Part shown: in pieces, positions 10,096 to 18,323 of the stretch
Layout: every line of letters starts with the position of its first letter
How positions within the stretch are numbered: position 1 is the stretch's first letter
Source of the DNA: a virus
Taxonomy: Duplodnaviria; Caudoviricetes
DNA: 27,075 nt
Direction: 5' to 3' (one strand)
IMG/VR virus record: IMGVR_UViG_3300020463_000113
Coordinates: 1 to 27,075 of that record
Program-made: the position numbers and the translations under genes
Notes under the pieces: model-generated
Told to the model about the DNA's origin: nothing
The model's database searches: none
Seen by the model: only the letters and a program-made list of their open reading frames with translations

Positions 10096-10964
10096 TGAAG
10101 ATCGAAGCATGGCCCATGCACGGCCCACTAAACAGCACAGACATATTTGCAAACTTTGTGAAATCCATGCAGGCAACTGGTGACGATGTACATGTCAACA
10201 AGGAGATCCGCGGCGACGTGGCAGTAATATGGAGTGTGCTATGGCAAGGCAAGATGCGGAACTACAAACAGATATGGGAAAGATACAGACAGGCAAATAA
10301 GCCAGTGATAGTGCTGGAAGTAGGTGGACTAAGAAGGAACAAGAGTTTTAAGGTTGCAATCAATGGTGTCAACAGGAAAGCGGATTTTGCCAACCAAGAC
10401 ACCGATGACACAAGATGGCCATTGTTCAATCATAGCCTGCAACCATGGAAACAGACAGGCGACAACATACTGCTACTAGGACAACACGATGCCTCTGAAC
10501 AATGGAACGGTATGCCTAGTATGAGTGTGTGGTTTCAACAGCAAATCAATGAAATAAGAAAACACACGACAAGACCAATTCAGATTAGGCCTCATCCAAG
10601 AAATCCAGTTGGTTTTGATCTGAACAAGTATGAAAATGTAAGCATAGCAAGTCCTGTAATGGACAGGGATACCATAGACGATACTAACTTTAAAGATACA
10701 CTTGAAAACGCTTGGGCAGTAATAAACCATAGTTCTAATCCTGCAATGGAAGCCGTAATTAAAGGCATACCTGTATTTGTATCCAAAGACAGTTTATGCT
10801 ATGACGTTGGCAATCATTCTCTGACAGACATCAACAATCCTAGAATGCCTGATAGGCAAGAGTGGGCCAATAAGTTGTCATACACAGAATGGTTCGAAGA
10901 CGAAATAGCACAAGGGTTGCCATGGAAAAGAATTAGAAACAGGATTGTGAAAAATTATATATGA
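10095..10964 (+). CDS. KpsS/KpsC-like GT-B glycosyltransferase paralog 4
   Basis: VLEVGGL, ILLLGQ, IRKHTTRPIQIRPHP, AWAVINHSSNPAMEAVIKGIPVF. Confidence 0.65.
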   Translation: MKIEAWPMHGPLNSTDIFANFVKSMQATGDDVHVNKEIRGDVAVIWSVLWQGKMRNYKQIWERYRQANKPVIVLEVGGLRRNKSFKVAINGVNRKADFANQDTDDTRWPLFNHSLQPWKQTGDNILLLGQHDASEQWNGMPSMSVWFQQQINEIRKHTTRPIQIRPHPRNPVGFDLNKYENVSIASPVMDRDTIDDTNFKDTLENAWAVINHSSNPAMEAVIKGIPVFVSKDSLCYDVGNHSLTDINNPRMPDRQEWANKLSYTEWFEDEIAQGLPWKRIRNRIVKNYI

Positions 10965-11689
10965 ACACGCCCTCAGAAATAAAATGGGAGAAGTACAAAG
11001 GAGAAACTGTTAACACAAATCTCATTATACGTGACGGCAAAAAGATACAAGAGACTGATTACTTCGAAGATAGAGTAAAGGCCATCCCAAGAGGTAATGC
11101 CTACGTGATTGGCAACGGTCCGTCTAGGAAAGGGTTCGATCTAAATAGATTGAAAGAGACCGGACAGACCTATGGATGTAATGCATTATACAGAGATTTC
11201 ATCCCTGATTTTATATTCTCCGTGGACACAAATATGTCAATGCAAATGATAGAGGACGCAGTTGGTTTGAAGACCATTCACTACGCACCGGCCTTGCAGG
11301 CAAACAGAAAAGAGAGCAGGGGCATGATACATCTCATACCAAACAATCCAAACTGGATATCAGGCAATGCGGCATTCTGGACAGCGGGTGTTCACGGACA
11401 CAAGAACATCTATCTAATCGGGTTTGACTTCAGAGAATATGGCAGGGGACAATTGAATAACATATACCAAGACACAGTCCACTATGGCGAACGCAACGAA
11501 GATAAAATATTCGATGGTTGGCTTAAACAGTTCAGAGACATGTTGAAGATGAGGCCGTACGTGAACTACACTGTGGTGCATGACAGTCCGCCAGACTTCA
11601 TGAATTATCTGCAGACAGGAACTGATCATGGCAATTCGAAAGTTATAAGTTACAAACAGTTTGAGGATACGGTGTTAGCCGGTTCTTGA
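10961..11689 (+). CDS. Maf/DUF115-like (sialyltransferase-type fold) transferase
   Basis: VIGNGPSR, YGCNALYRD, PDFIFSVD, SGNAA, IYLIGFDF. Confidence 0.7.
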   Translation: MNTPSEIKWEKYKGETVNTNLIIRDGKKIQETDYFEDRVKAIPRGNAYVIGNGPSRKGFDLNRLKETGQTYGCNALYRDFIPDFIFSVDTNMSMQMIEDAVGLKTIHYAPALQANRKESRGMIHLIPNNPNWISGNAAFWTAGVHGHKNIYLIGFDFREYGRGQLNNIYQDTVHYGERNEDKIFDGWLKQFRDMLKMRPYVNYTVVHDSPPDFMNYLQTGTDHGNSKVISYKQFEDTVLAGS

Positions 11690-12157
11690 TAGGGCCAATC
11701 CCGCACTCTTGAACCTATTCCTAAAAGCAAAGAAGTTTGCGTTGTGATTTGAATAAGGATCCTTCAGCACAGTCATCTGGTATAAGTGGACCATTTCATG
11801 TGCCAGTGTTTCCACGAAGTCCTTGAAGGTCGGGTACTTGCTGTGTAACTCTATTGCGAATGTGACTTCGGTCTTATCATAGGGTATTACACTCTGATCG
11901 TATGTGCCCTTCCTACACTTCCTGTTATCCCAATTGGCCCAACATCGGCCCCAGTCGTTGGTCATTCTAACCAAGTACAATGGCACAGCGGGTAACTTGT
12001 TACCAAACAATCCTTTGTTAAGATGCTTGAACCAAGTCACTGCTATAGAATGCGTGGGTTTGAAGTTCCTAACGTTCTTTCGCCTAGTCAGAGTATTTTC
12101 CAATTTAATCTTCAATTGTTTCCGGACTGTGACAGTCTTTTTACTAGTTTTTTTCAT
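11675..12157 (-). CDS. SprT-like Zn metalloprotease
   Basis: LNKGLFGNKLP, TLAHEMVH (HExxH), downstream H (NHNANFF). Confidence 0.85.
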   Translation of the reverse strand: MKKTSKKTVTVRKQLKIKLENTLTRRKNVRNFKPTHSIAVTWFKHLNKGLFGNKLPAVPLYLVRMTNDWGRCWANWDNRKCRKGTYDQSVIPYDKTEVTFAIELHSKYPTFKDFVETLAHEMVHLYQMTVLKDPYSNHNANFFAFRNRFKSAGLALSRTG

Positions 12158-12159
12158 GG

Positions 12160-12187
12160 TTGACTATATTACCAAGTATGCTATAAT
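12160..12187 (+). promoter_or_regulatory. Sigma70-type promoter with extended -10
   Basis: TTGACT-N16-TATAAT with TGn before the -10, upstream of the 12222 operon. Confidence 0.75.
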
Positions 12188-12221
12188 ATACTAATAATTA
12201 TCAATATTACCAGAATTAAAA

Positions 12222-13577
12222 ATGTACACAGATTTGCCAAAAACAATTAACGAAGCACTCAAAATACTAGCATATAATGATTATTTCTGGAAAGATCCCC
12301 TATTGGATCCCCTATCGACGCAGGCGACACAGATAAAGCCACACCCCAAAGATTACGACACAGTGAGATCACTGGCAGAATCACAGTATGCGTGGACAGA
12401 AAAACAGGCCAGACTAGCACTGGTAATTCTCAAAAGATACCTAACAAAATTCCAGGCACACGGTATGGATATCAAGAAACTGCTAGACAATCCACAATAC
12501 GAGGATGAATTTAGAGTTATCAGTTTTGACAAAGTAATAGAGAAGTACACAGATGAGGACAACGTTGAAAGAATAGAGATGAGATTCCCTTACAACAAGA
12601 AAGTGATACAACTGATACGTTGCATGAAAGACAAACGTAACTTGCCTGGAATGTATGCACTGTATGACGGTGAGAAAAAGAAGTGGACCTTCCAACACAG
12701 TGACGTCACTGCCTACTATCTGACATTGATTGCAGTGAGATATGATTTCAAGTTTATGGACGATAGTCTGCTGGACGATTACGAAGAAATTAAAAGAGAA
12801 ATAATAGGACATCGTAAACCAACAGCAAGATTACTGGCAGGTGAGGTAGTGTTAGACAATGCACCGGAGTCACTACAAAATTATTGGAATGAAAATTTAA
12901 AAAACAAAACAGCACTGGAACAAGTGGACTCGTTAAAGAACTTCAACATATCAACCAGGGGAATCAATGTTGAGGCGACTACCACAATAGGTCGTAAGAT
13001 AGCACATAACGATCATCATAAGTTATGGATTGATTCCAAAGGGTTTTCAAAAAACGAAGTAGTGAAAGGGATGATAGAATTAAATTGCTTTCCATTACTG
13101 ATGCCAGTAAGTGGTGATATACACATGGAGGAGGATGTTAAAAACTTCTGGGAATGGTTGAATGCTTTCAAGGAATATGGCATTGACATACTGAATGAGT
13201 GCAGTTGGGGATTCGATGTAAAAGAACCTATTTTCCGAAAAGATGTTGACCGTCACAACGACAGAACCTATTTGCTCGACAATCAGAAATCGAGAGAGTT
13301 CTTTGAAAACTTGTACGAGCTACACCAAATGAGCAAACAATTCAAACTTATAAATGATAATACCAAAATAGTATTTGTAAGGAACAGAATACCAAGATCG
13401 ATGATAAAAAGCAAGATCAAGCCTAAGTCATCATTGGTCGCGTTGGGTGGTGGTTACTATGCTACAGGTACAGACAATCTTAAAAGAATGCTTGAAAATC
13501 TTCCAAAAAAGTTGTATTATAGTGATCATAGACCAAGCAGTTGGGATTGGCATGATCACGTGATAGTTAAACTTTAG
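12222..13577 (+). CDS. Hypothetical protein (451 aa) with a HARP-like segment
   Basis: Long ORF that ends 1 nt before uvsW; the segment IEMRFPYNKKVIQLIR...LYDGEKKKWTF resembles the HARP consensus. Confidence 0.6.
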   Translation: MYTDLPKTINEALKILAYNDYFWKDPLLDPLSTQATQIKPHPKDYDTVRSLAESQYAWTEKQARLALVILKRYLTKFQAHGMDIKKLLDNPQYEDEFRVISFDKVIEKYTDEDNVERIEMRFPYNKKVIQLIRCMKDKRNLPGMYALYDGEKKKWTFQHSDVTAYYLTLIAVRYDFKFMDDSLLDDYEEIKREIIGHRKPTARLLAGEVVLDNAPESLQNYWNENLKNKTALEQVDSLKNFNISTRGINVEATTTIGRKIAHNDHHKLWIDSKGFSKNEVVKGMIELNCFPLLMPVSGDIHMEEDVKNFWEWLNAFKEYGIDILNECSWGFDVKEPIFRKDVDRHNDRTYLLDNQKSREFFENLYELHQMSKQFKLINDNTKIVFVRNRIPRSMIKSKIKPKSSLVALGGGYYATGTDNLKRMLENLPKKLYYSDHRPSSWDWHDHVIVKL

Positions 13578-13578
13578 A

Positions 13579-15045
13579 ATGAGTAGTTGTAAATTAGTAA
13601 TAAAAGACGAGGTAAACGTAAAATTTGAGAACCTAAGTCTCGAATGGCGTAAGAGATTATCAAACAAATTCAAATACGAGATACCATATGCAAGACATCT
13701 ACCAGCAGTAAAACTCGGCAGATGGGATGGCAAAGTAAGTTTCTTTGGGTTGGGTGGAACAACATATCTAAATTTGGTCGATCAAATACTTCCCATACTG
13801 GACGAGGGTGGTGTGTACATAGATGTTGAGGACAAAAGGGAACAACACAACTTTGAATTCAACGCCGTAGACAAGAACTATCTGTCACACATCACATGGC
13901 CTGATAATCACCCGGCGGCAGGACAACCCATAGAATTGAGAGACTATCAAGTAGAAACAATAAACAAGTTCATAGAACATCCACAGAGTATACAAGAGAT
14001 TGCCACCGGTGCAGGTAAGACCATTATCACAGCGGCACTTTGTCAGTTGGTTGAACCATATGGTCGAACACTGACTATCGTACCAAACAAAAGTCTTGTC
14101 ACACAGACCGAAGAGGACTTCCTTGCTTGTAACTTAGATGTGGGTGTGTACTATGGTGACAGGAAAGAACTTGGTAGGTTCAACACTATAGCAACATGGC
14201 AGTCACTAAATGTCTTAGAAAAGAAAAGCAAAGACGAACACACAACAGACTTCCTGGAAGCAATACAAGGAATCAACACAGTAATCATAGACGAGGTACA
14301 CATGGCCAAGGCGGATGTTCTGAAGAGACTGCTCACAGGACCTTTTGCACACTGTGGTATACGTTGGGGACTGACAGGCACCGTTCCAAAAGCAGATTAC
14401 GAGTTTATGGGATTGAAATGCAGTATAGGTGAAGTATCGAACAGGATACAAGCAAGTGAACTCCAGGACAAGGGCGTGTTGGCAAACTGTCATGTGAATG
14501 TTTTACAGACACAGGATCATCCTCAATTTAAAACATACGGGGAGGAGTTGAAATGGCTGACCACTGACAAGACGAGAATGAAATGGGTGGCCAACACAAT
14601 AAAAGACATATCAAGTTCAGGTAACACACTAATACTTGTGGACAGGATATCCGCAGGAGAGATACTAGAAGAACAGATCAAAGATGCAGTGTTCGTATCT
14701 GGCTCAACCAAAAACACAGACAGGAAGGAACAATATGATGAAATATCTACTGCAACAAATAAAGTTATTATCGCCACATATGGAGTTGCCGCTGTTGGTA
14801 TTAACATTCCTAGGATTTTTAATCTTGTTCTCATAGAGCCTGGAAAGTCCTTTGTGAGGGTTATTCAGAGCATAGGACGTGGAATCAGGAAAGCAGAGGA
14901 CAAGGACAGTGTACAGATCTGGGATATTACCAGCAGTTGCAAGTTTGCAAAAAGACATCTGGGAGCAAGGAAAAAGTTTTACAAAGAGGCCAATTACCCG
15001 TATAATATAGAAAAGATAAATTATGAAAATCCTTACACTGGATAA
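13579..15045 (+). CDS. uvsW: UvsW-like SF2 DNA helicase
   Basis: LRDYQ, ATGAGKT, DEVH, GLTGT, GINIP, QSIGRGIR, IWDI...HLGARKKFY. Confidence 0.93.
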   Translation: MSSCKLVIKDEVNVKFENLSLEWRKRLSNKFKYEIPYARHLPAVKLGRWDGKVSFFGLGGTTYLNLVDQILPILDEGGVYIDVEDKREQHNFEFNAVDKNYLSHITWPDNHPAAGQPIELRDYQVETINKFIEHPQSIQEIATGAGKTIITAALCQLVEPYGRTLTIVPNKSLVTQTEEDFLACNLDVGVYYGDRKELGRFNTIATWQSLNVLEKKSKDEHTTDFLEAIQGINTVIIDEVHMAKADVLKRLLTGPFAHCGIRWGLTGTVPKADYEFMGLKCSIGEVSNRIQASELQDKGVLANCHVNVLQTQDHPQFKTYGEELKWLTTDKTRMKWVANTIKDISSSGNTLILVDRISAGEILEEQIKDAVFVSGSTKNTDRKEQYDEISTATNKVIIATYGVAAVGINIPRIFNLVLIEPGKSFVRVIQSIGRGIRKAEDKDSVQIWDITSSCKFAKRHLGARKKFYKEANYPYNIEKINYENPYTG

Positions 15046-15526
15046 CAGAACATACAAGTTAGAGAAAATACCAGAATGGGTAGATGAGAATCTAAGATTT
15101 GCTGTGTTAGATAATTCTGATCCTGCAAATCCTGATTTCTTCTACATACCTTTGATATTCTTAGAAAGTTTCAACGCACCCGCGGCTGTGCTGGAGATCG
15201 GCCCGCACAAGATAAAGATGCCACTAGACTGGAAGATGCTGATCGGCGAGGCAGGACAATCAGAGATGCATGTGTTACCAATCACCAGTCTCAATGATCG
15301 AGGATTTGATGCATTCACTTTCAACCCATTGTCCAGTCCAAAACCAGATTTCTATCCTATAGATGTGGTAGACATCTACACAGAAGTGAAATGGTACTTC
15401 CCAAAAATTAAAACAGGACAGATGTTGGCCGTTCCGTTGAACAATGGACCAAAACCCATGTGTGCTTACTTCGTCAAGGACATCTCGAGGCAATGCGAAC
15501 AGGTGGACTATGGCTCGGTCTGGTAG
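15023..15526 (+). CDS. Hypothetical beta-rich protein, possible degenerate Hint fold
   Basis: Overlaps the uvsW end; the strand pattern resembles Hint blocks without the catalytic residues. Confidence 0.55.
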   Translation: MKILTLDNRTYKLEKIPEWVDENLRFAVLDNSDPANPDFFYIPLIFLESFNAPAAVLEIGPHKIKMPLDWKMLIGEAGQSEMHVLPITSLNDRGFDAFTFNPLSSPKPDFYPIDVVDIYTEVKWYFPKIKTGQMLAVPLNNGPKPMCAYFVKDISRQCEQVDYGSVW

Positions 15527-15743
15527 GAAATCAATCACAATAGACGCACCGATAATGCTAACCAGCAATAAGATCGCTGTATGGATGGATGAGGACTGGA
15601 TGTATAATTTCTTTGACTTTATGAAAAAACACAAATTCCAATTTTCAGGTTTACAACACAAACACAATAAGATAAAATTAACATTTGTAACAGCAAAAGA
15701 ATGCACAATGTTCGCACTAAAATATGCCAGTAGAAAAAAATAG
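15510..15743 (+). CDS. Small hypothetical phage protein (77 aa)
   Basis: ATG at 15510 (MARSGRK), preceded by AGGTGG, is preferred to the ORF-track start at 15444; overlaps both neighbours. Confidence 0.6.
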   Translation: MARSGRKSITIDAPIMLTSNKIAVWMDEDWMYNFFDFMKKHKFQFSGLQHKHNKIKLTFVTAKECTMFALKYASRKK

Positions 15744-16176
15744 AAAGTTCTTTGATTTAAGGAACGGATTAAAAGCCGTTGACTTCAGGAACAAAGATTA
15801 TTTTGACAGGATAGACGACAAGGAAAAATCCTTGTATTCACCTTATATGCTGATGAGATACGTTTCCAACGTGTCATCCAAGGATCCTTTCTACGTGGAA
15901 CATTACATAGAAATGATCAACGAGTGTGTGAACAAGCACTGCTTTACATTGGGTAAACACAAGAAACTGTTATGGATACTGACTTCTATGTGTGGGGCAG
16001 AGATACAGCAGTTCCATCCATGGCTGAAACCCATGAAGAGAGTGCCAAACAAGAGTCTGAAGAAACTACAACAGATATACCCCACTTGGAAGGAATCGGA
16101 TCTAGAGACATTGGATAAAGTGATCACAGACAGAGAACTAGAGGAACTAATAGAAGCACATGGCATCGACAAATAA
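15724..16176 (+). CDS. Probable clamp-loader small subunit (T4 gp62-like)
   Basis: YSPYMLMRYVS resembles the gp62 YxPFxxNRxLS motif; HPWLK and the C-terminal ITDRELEELI helix pattern, size and replication context also fit. Confidence 0.55.
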   Translation: MPVEKNRKFFDLRNGLKAVDFRNKDYFDRIDDKEKSLYSPYMLMRYVSNVSSKDPFYVEHYIEMINECVNKHCFTLGKHKKLLWILTSMCGAEIQQFHPWLKPMKRVPNKSLKKLQQIYPTWKESDLETLDKVITDRELEELIEAHGIDK

Positions 16177-16843
16177 ATGTACATACTGTGGCAAGGAGTT
16201 TGCTAAAGAACGCACACTACAAGTACATCTGTGTGAGCCCAAAAGGAGATATCTGCAAAGAGATGAAAAATGGGTAGTGAATGCGTTCATGGTGTTTCAA
16301 AGATTCTATCAGATTCATCAGCACAATTCCAAAACAAAGACGTATGACGATTTCGTTAAGAGTTCTTACTACAATGCCTTTGTAAAGTTTGGCCGATTCA
16401 TCATGCATATTAATCCACTGTATCCAGAGAAGTACATAGAGTTTGTGTTGAGATCAAAAATTAAGTTGGATCATTGGTCCAGGGATGACTTGTACGAAAC
16501 GTATCTCATAGAAGCACTAAAATCAGAACCCGTGGAGGCCGCACTACAGAGGAGTATTGCAACAATGATGGACTGGGCAACAGAACAAAACGCACAATGG
16601 AGTGACTACTTCCGTTTGGTCAACACCAACAGGGCAGTGCAACACATACAGCAGGGAAAGATAAGTCCGTGGCTGTTGTTAGGTTGCAACGCAGGCAAAA
16701 GGATGTTAAAATCATTTAACGACGAACAATTACAAATGATTGAAAGATTTATTAATACTAGTTTCTGGCCAAGCAAGTTGAAGAGCTATCCTGCTGATCA
16801 CATGCTGGTACAGGACACAGCAAGGGAGGCCAAGATTGTCTAA
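16160..16843 (+). CDS. Zn-finger protein (CxxC...HxC) with helical domain
   Basis: CTYCGKEFAKERTLQVHLCE at the N-terminus. Confidence 0.7.
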   Translation: MASTNKCTYCGKEFAKERTLQVHLCEPKRRYLQRDEKWVVNAFMVFQRFYQIHQHNSKTKTYDDFVKSSYYNAFVKFGRFIMHINPLYPEKYIEFVLRSKIKLDHWSRDDLYETYLIEALKSEPVEAALQRSIATMMDWATEQNAQWSDYFRLVNTNRAVQHIQQGKISPWLLLGCNAGKRMLKSFNDEQLQMIERFINTSFWPSKLKSYPADHMLVQDTAREAKIV

Positions 16844-17069
16844 GATCGATCTAGAAGTGTCTGACAACTTACAATTTGAAGACGGCGACTGTGCTGTGAT
16901 AATCAAAGAGGATGGATCCATAGGAAGAGTGGTGATGCCAGAATTAAATAGGAAAATGATAACGTGCGAAGGATACAGGAAACTGTTAGATGTTCTAGAA
17001 GTATTGCAACCAGGTGCACGTGATAAAATGATAAATTATGCTGAAAAAGGCAAAGGAAGTATGCACTAA
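16836..17069 (+). CDS. Small hypothetical protein (77 aa)
   Basis: TTG start after GGAGG; its stop overlaps the next start (TAATG). Confidence 0.65.
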   Translation: MSKIDLEVSDNLQFEDGDCAVIIKEDGSIGRVVMPELNRKMITCEGYRKLLDVLEVLQPGARDKMINYAEKGKGSMH

Positions 17070-17659
17070 TGCCTGATGTAGACATAGACTTCTTTGACAG
17101 AGACAACACACTAAAACTTTTCAAGCACACACCTGCTTCAATGATCAAAGATGGTAAAAGCGAAAAACACAAAACAGGAGTATACTTCCACGCTGTACCA
17201 GAACATCCTGTAACGGGTCATGCATCATTGGATTACAAACAAGCAGAGGACAGAGGATATTTTAAGATAGACTGCCTAAACGTGAACATATACAAAGATG
17301 TGAAATCAGAACAGGAACTTGTGGAACTAATGATACAGGAACCAGACTGGGACATGCTAAAAGATCCAAAGATAGTGGAAAACCTTTTCCACCTAAATGG
17401 CCATTTCAATATAGTGTCCAAACTAGAACCACGTACCATAGAACAACTTGCGGCTGTACTAGCAATCATACGTCCTGCTAAAAGAGGGCTGATGTACAAA
17501 GAATGGACTGATATAATGAAGGAGGTATGGACAAAACCAACAGATGGCAGTTACTTCTTCAAGAAGTCACACGCTGTGGCATATGCACAGGCCATAGTAG
17601 TGCAAATGAATATACTCACAAAAGATAAATATAACTTTAGTGTACAACAAGACAAATAA
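17069..17659 (+). CDS. Minimal DnaE (Pol III alpha)-like catalytic fragment, 196 aa
   Basis: MPDVDIDF, KHKTGVYF, GYFKIDCL, LAIIRP, YFFKKSHAVAYA in DnaE order. Confidence 0.88.
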   Translation: MPDVDIDFFDRDNTLKLFKHTPASMIKDGKSEKHKTGVYFHAVPEHPVTGHASLDYKQAEDRGYFKIDCLNVNIYKDVKSEQELVELMIQEPDWDMLKDPKIVENLFHLNGHFNIVSKLEPRTIEQLAAVLAIIRPAKRGLMYKEWTDIMKEVWTKPTDGSYFFKKSHAVAYAQAIVVQMNILTKDKYNFSVQQDK

Positions 17660-17924
17660 AAAACTCACTAAAAAATCCAAACCCATTATCGTAGACCTAT
17701 CCAATGATGGACCGTTCTCGGTCGTGTCGTTGTCCAAATTCCTCACAGACTACTGGAAAACAAAAACAAAGCAAACGTGGAAAATACTGAACAAGGAGGA
17801 TCAACTTAATGCCCTCTGGATTAAAAATGAATTGCCCTACTGGCAACAGATTTGGGGCGAACGTGATATTAAAATTAGATGGGATCGCAGACAGCGATCT
17901 TTTTTTTTGACCCCTGTTAAGTAG
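17640..17924 (+). CDS. Hypothetical basic, Trp-rich protein (94 aa)
   Basis: GTG start 8 nt after GATAAATA; fills the gap between genes, but a terminator-like hairpin lies inside its 3' end. Confidence 0.5.
   Translation: MYNKTNKKLTKKSKPIIVDLSNDGPFSVVSLSKFLTDYWKTKTKQTWKILNKEDQLNALWIKNELPYWQQIWGERDIKIRWDRRQRSFFLTPVK
17881..17908 (+). terminator. Rho-independent terminator
   Basis: GATCGC-AGACA-GCGATC followed by T9, at the junction with a convergent gene. Confidence 0.7.
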
Positions 17925-18291
17925 GACGCCTGACTAATTGGATTGTCCTTCTCTTCACACGTTTCTTTGATATATCTGAAAGCCTCACAGTCGGACCGTG
18001 TATTATTTTTACATCCTTGGAGTTAAGTGTTATCAGTGTCGATCGAAAGTGTCTGAATTCGCCCTTAAGAAATATGTTGATTGGTAATTTACGATTTGAT
18101 TCGTGCCACCAAGTTTCACCAGATTTCAAAAACTGGGTTTTCTCCTCTGCCATTATTAACTTACCGTAGTCGTAGAAACTAATCACATTTACGTCTTCGT
18201 TCTGTATTATGCCCACATACTCCAGATCTCCCTTTTGGATGAGGCTCAAGAATGGGAATTTGTCTCTTAAAGTGTTAAAAATTTCATTCAT
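17917..18291 (-). CDS. Hypothetical phage protein (124 aa) with basic C-tail
   Basis: Start taken at MNEIFNTL (18291) to avoid overlap with the divergent 18324 gene; contains EYVGIIQN and WWHESNRKLPINIFL. Confidence 0.7.
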   Translation of the reverse strand: MNEIFNTLRDKFPFLSLIQKGDLEYVGIIQNEDVNVISFYDYGKLIMAEEKTQFLKSGETWWHESNRKLPINIFLKGEFRHFRSTLITLNSKDVKIIHGPTVRLSDISKKRVKRRTIQLVRRPT

Positions 18292-18299
18292 TCTATATC

Positions 18300-18317
18300 T
18301 ATAAATACTGTTAAATA
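18300..18317 (+). promoter_or_regulatory. T4-type late promoter(s)
   Basis: Perfect TATAAATA at 18300-18307 and a second TAAATA at 18312-18317, upstream of ATG 18324. Confidence 0.7.
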
Positions 18318-18323
18318 TGTACA

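Noticed and set aside
12294-12315. GATCCCCTAT duplicated with 12-nt period
   Set aside because: Small in-frame duplication (DPLL/DPLS) with only two copies; not an array.
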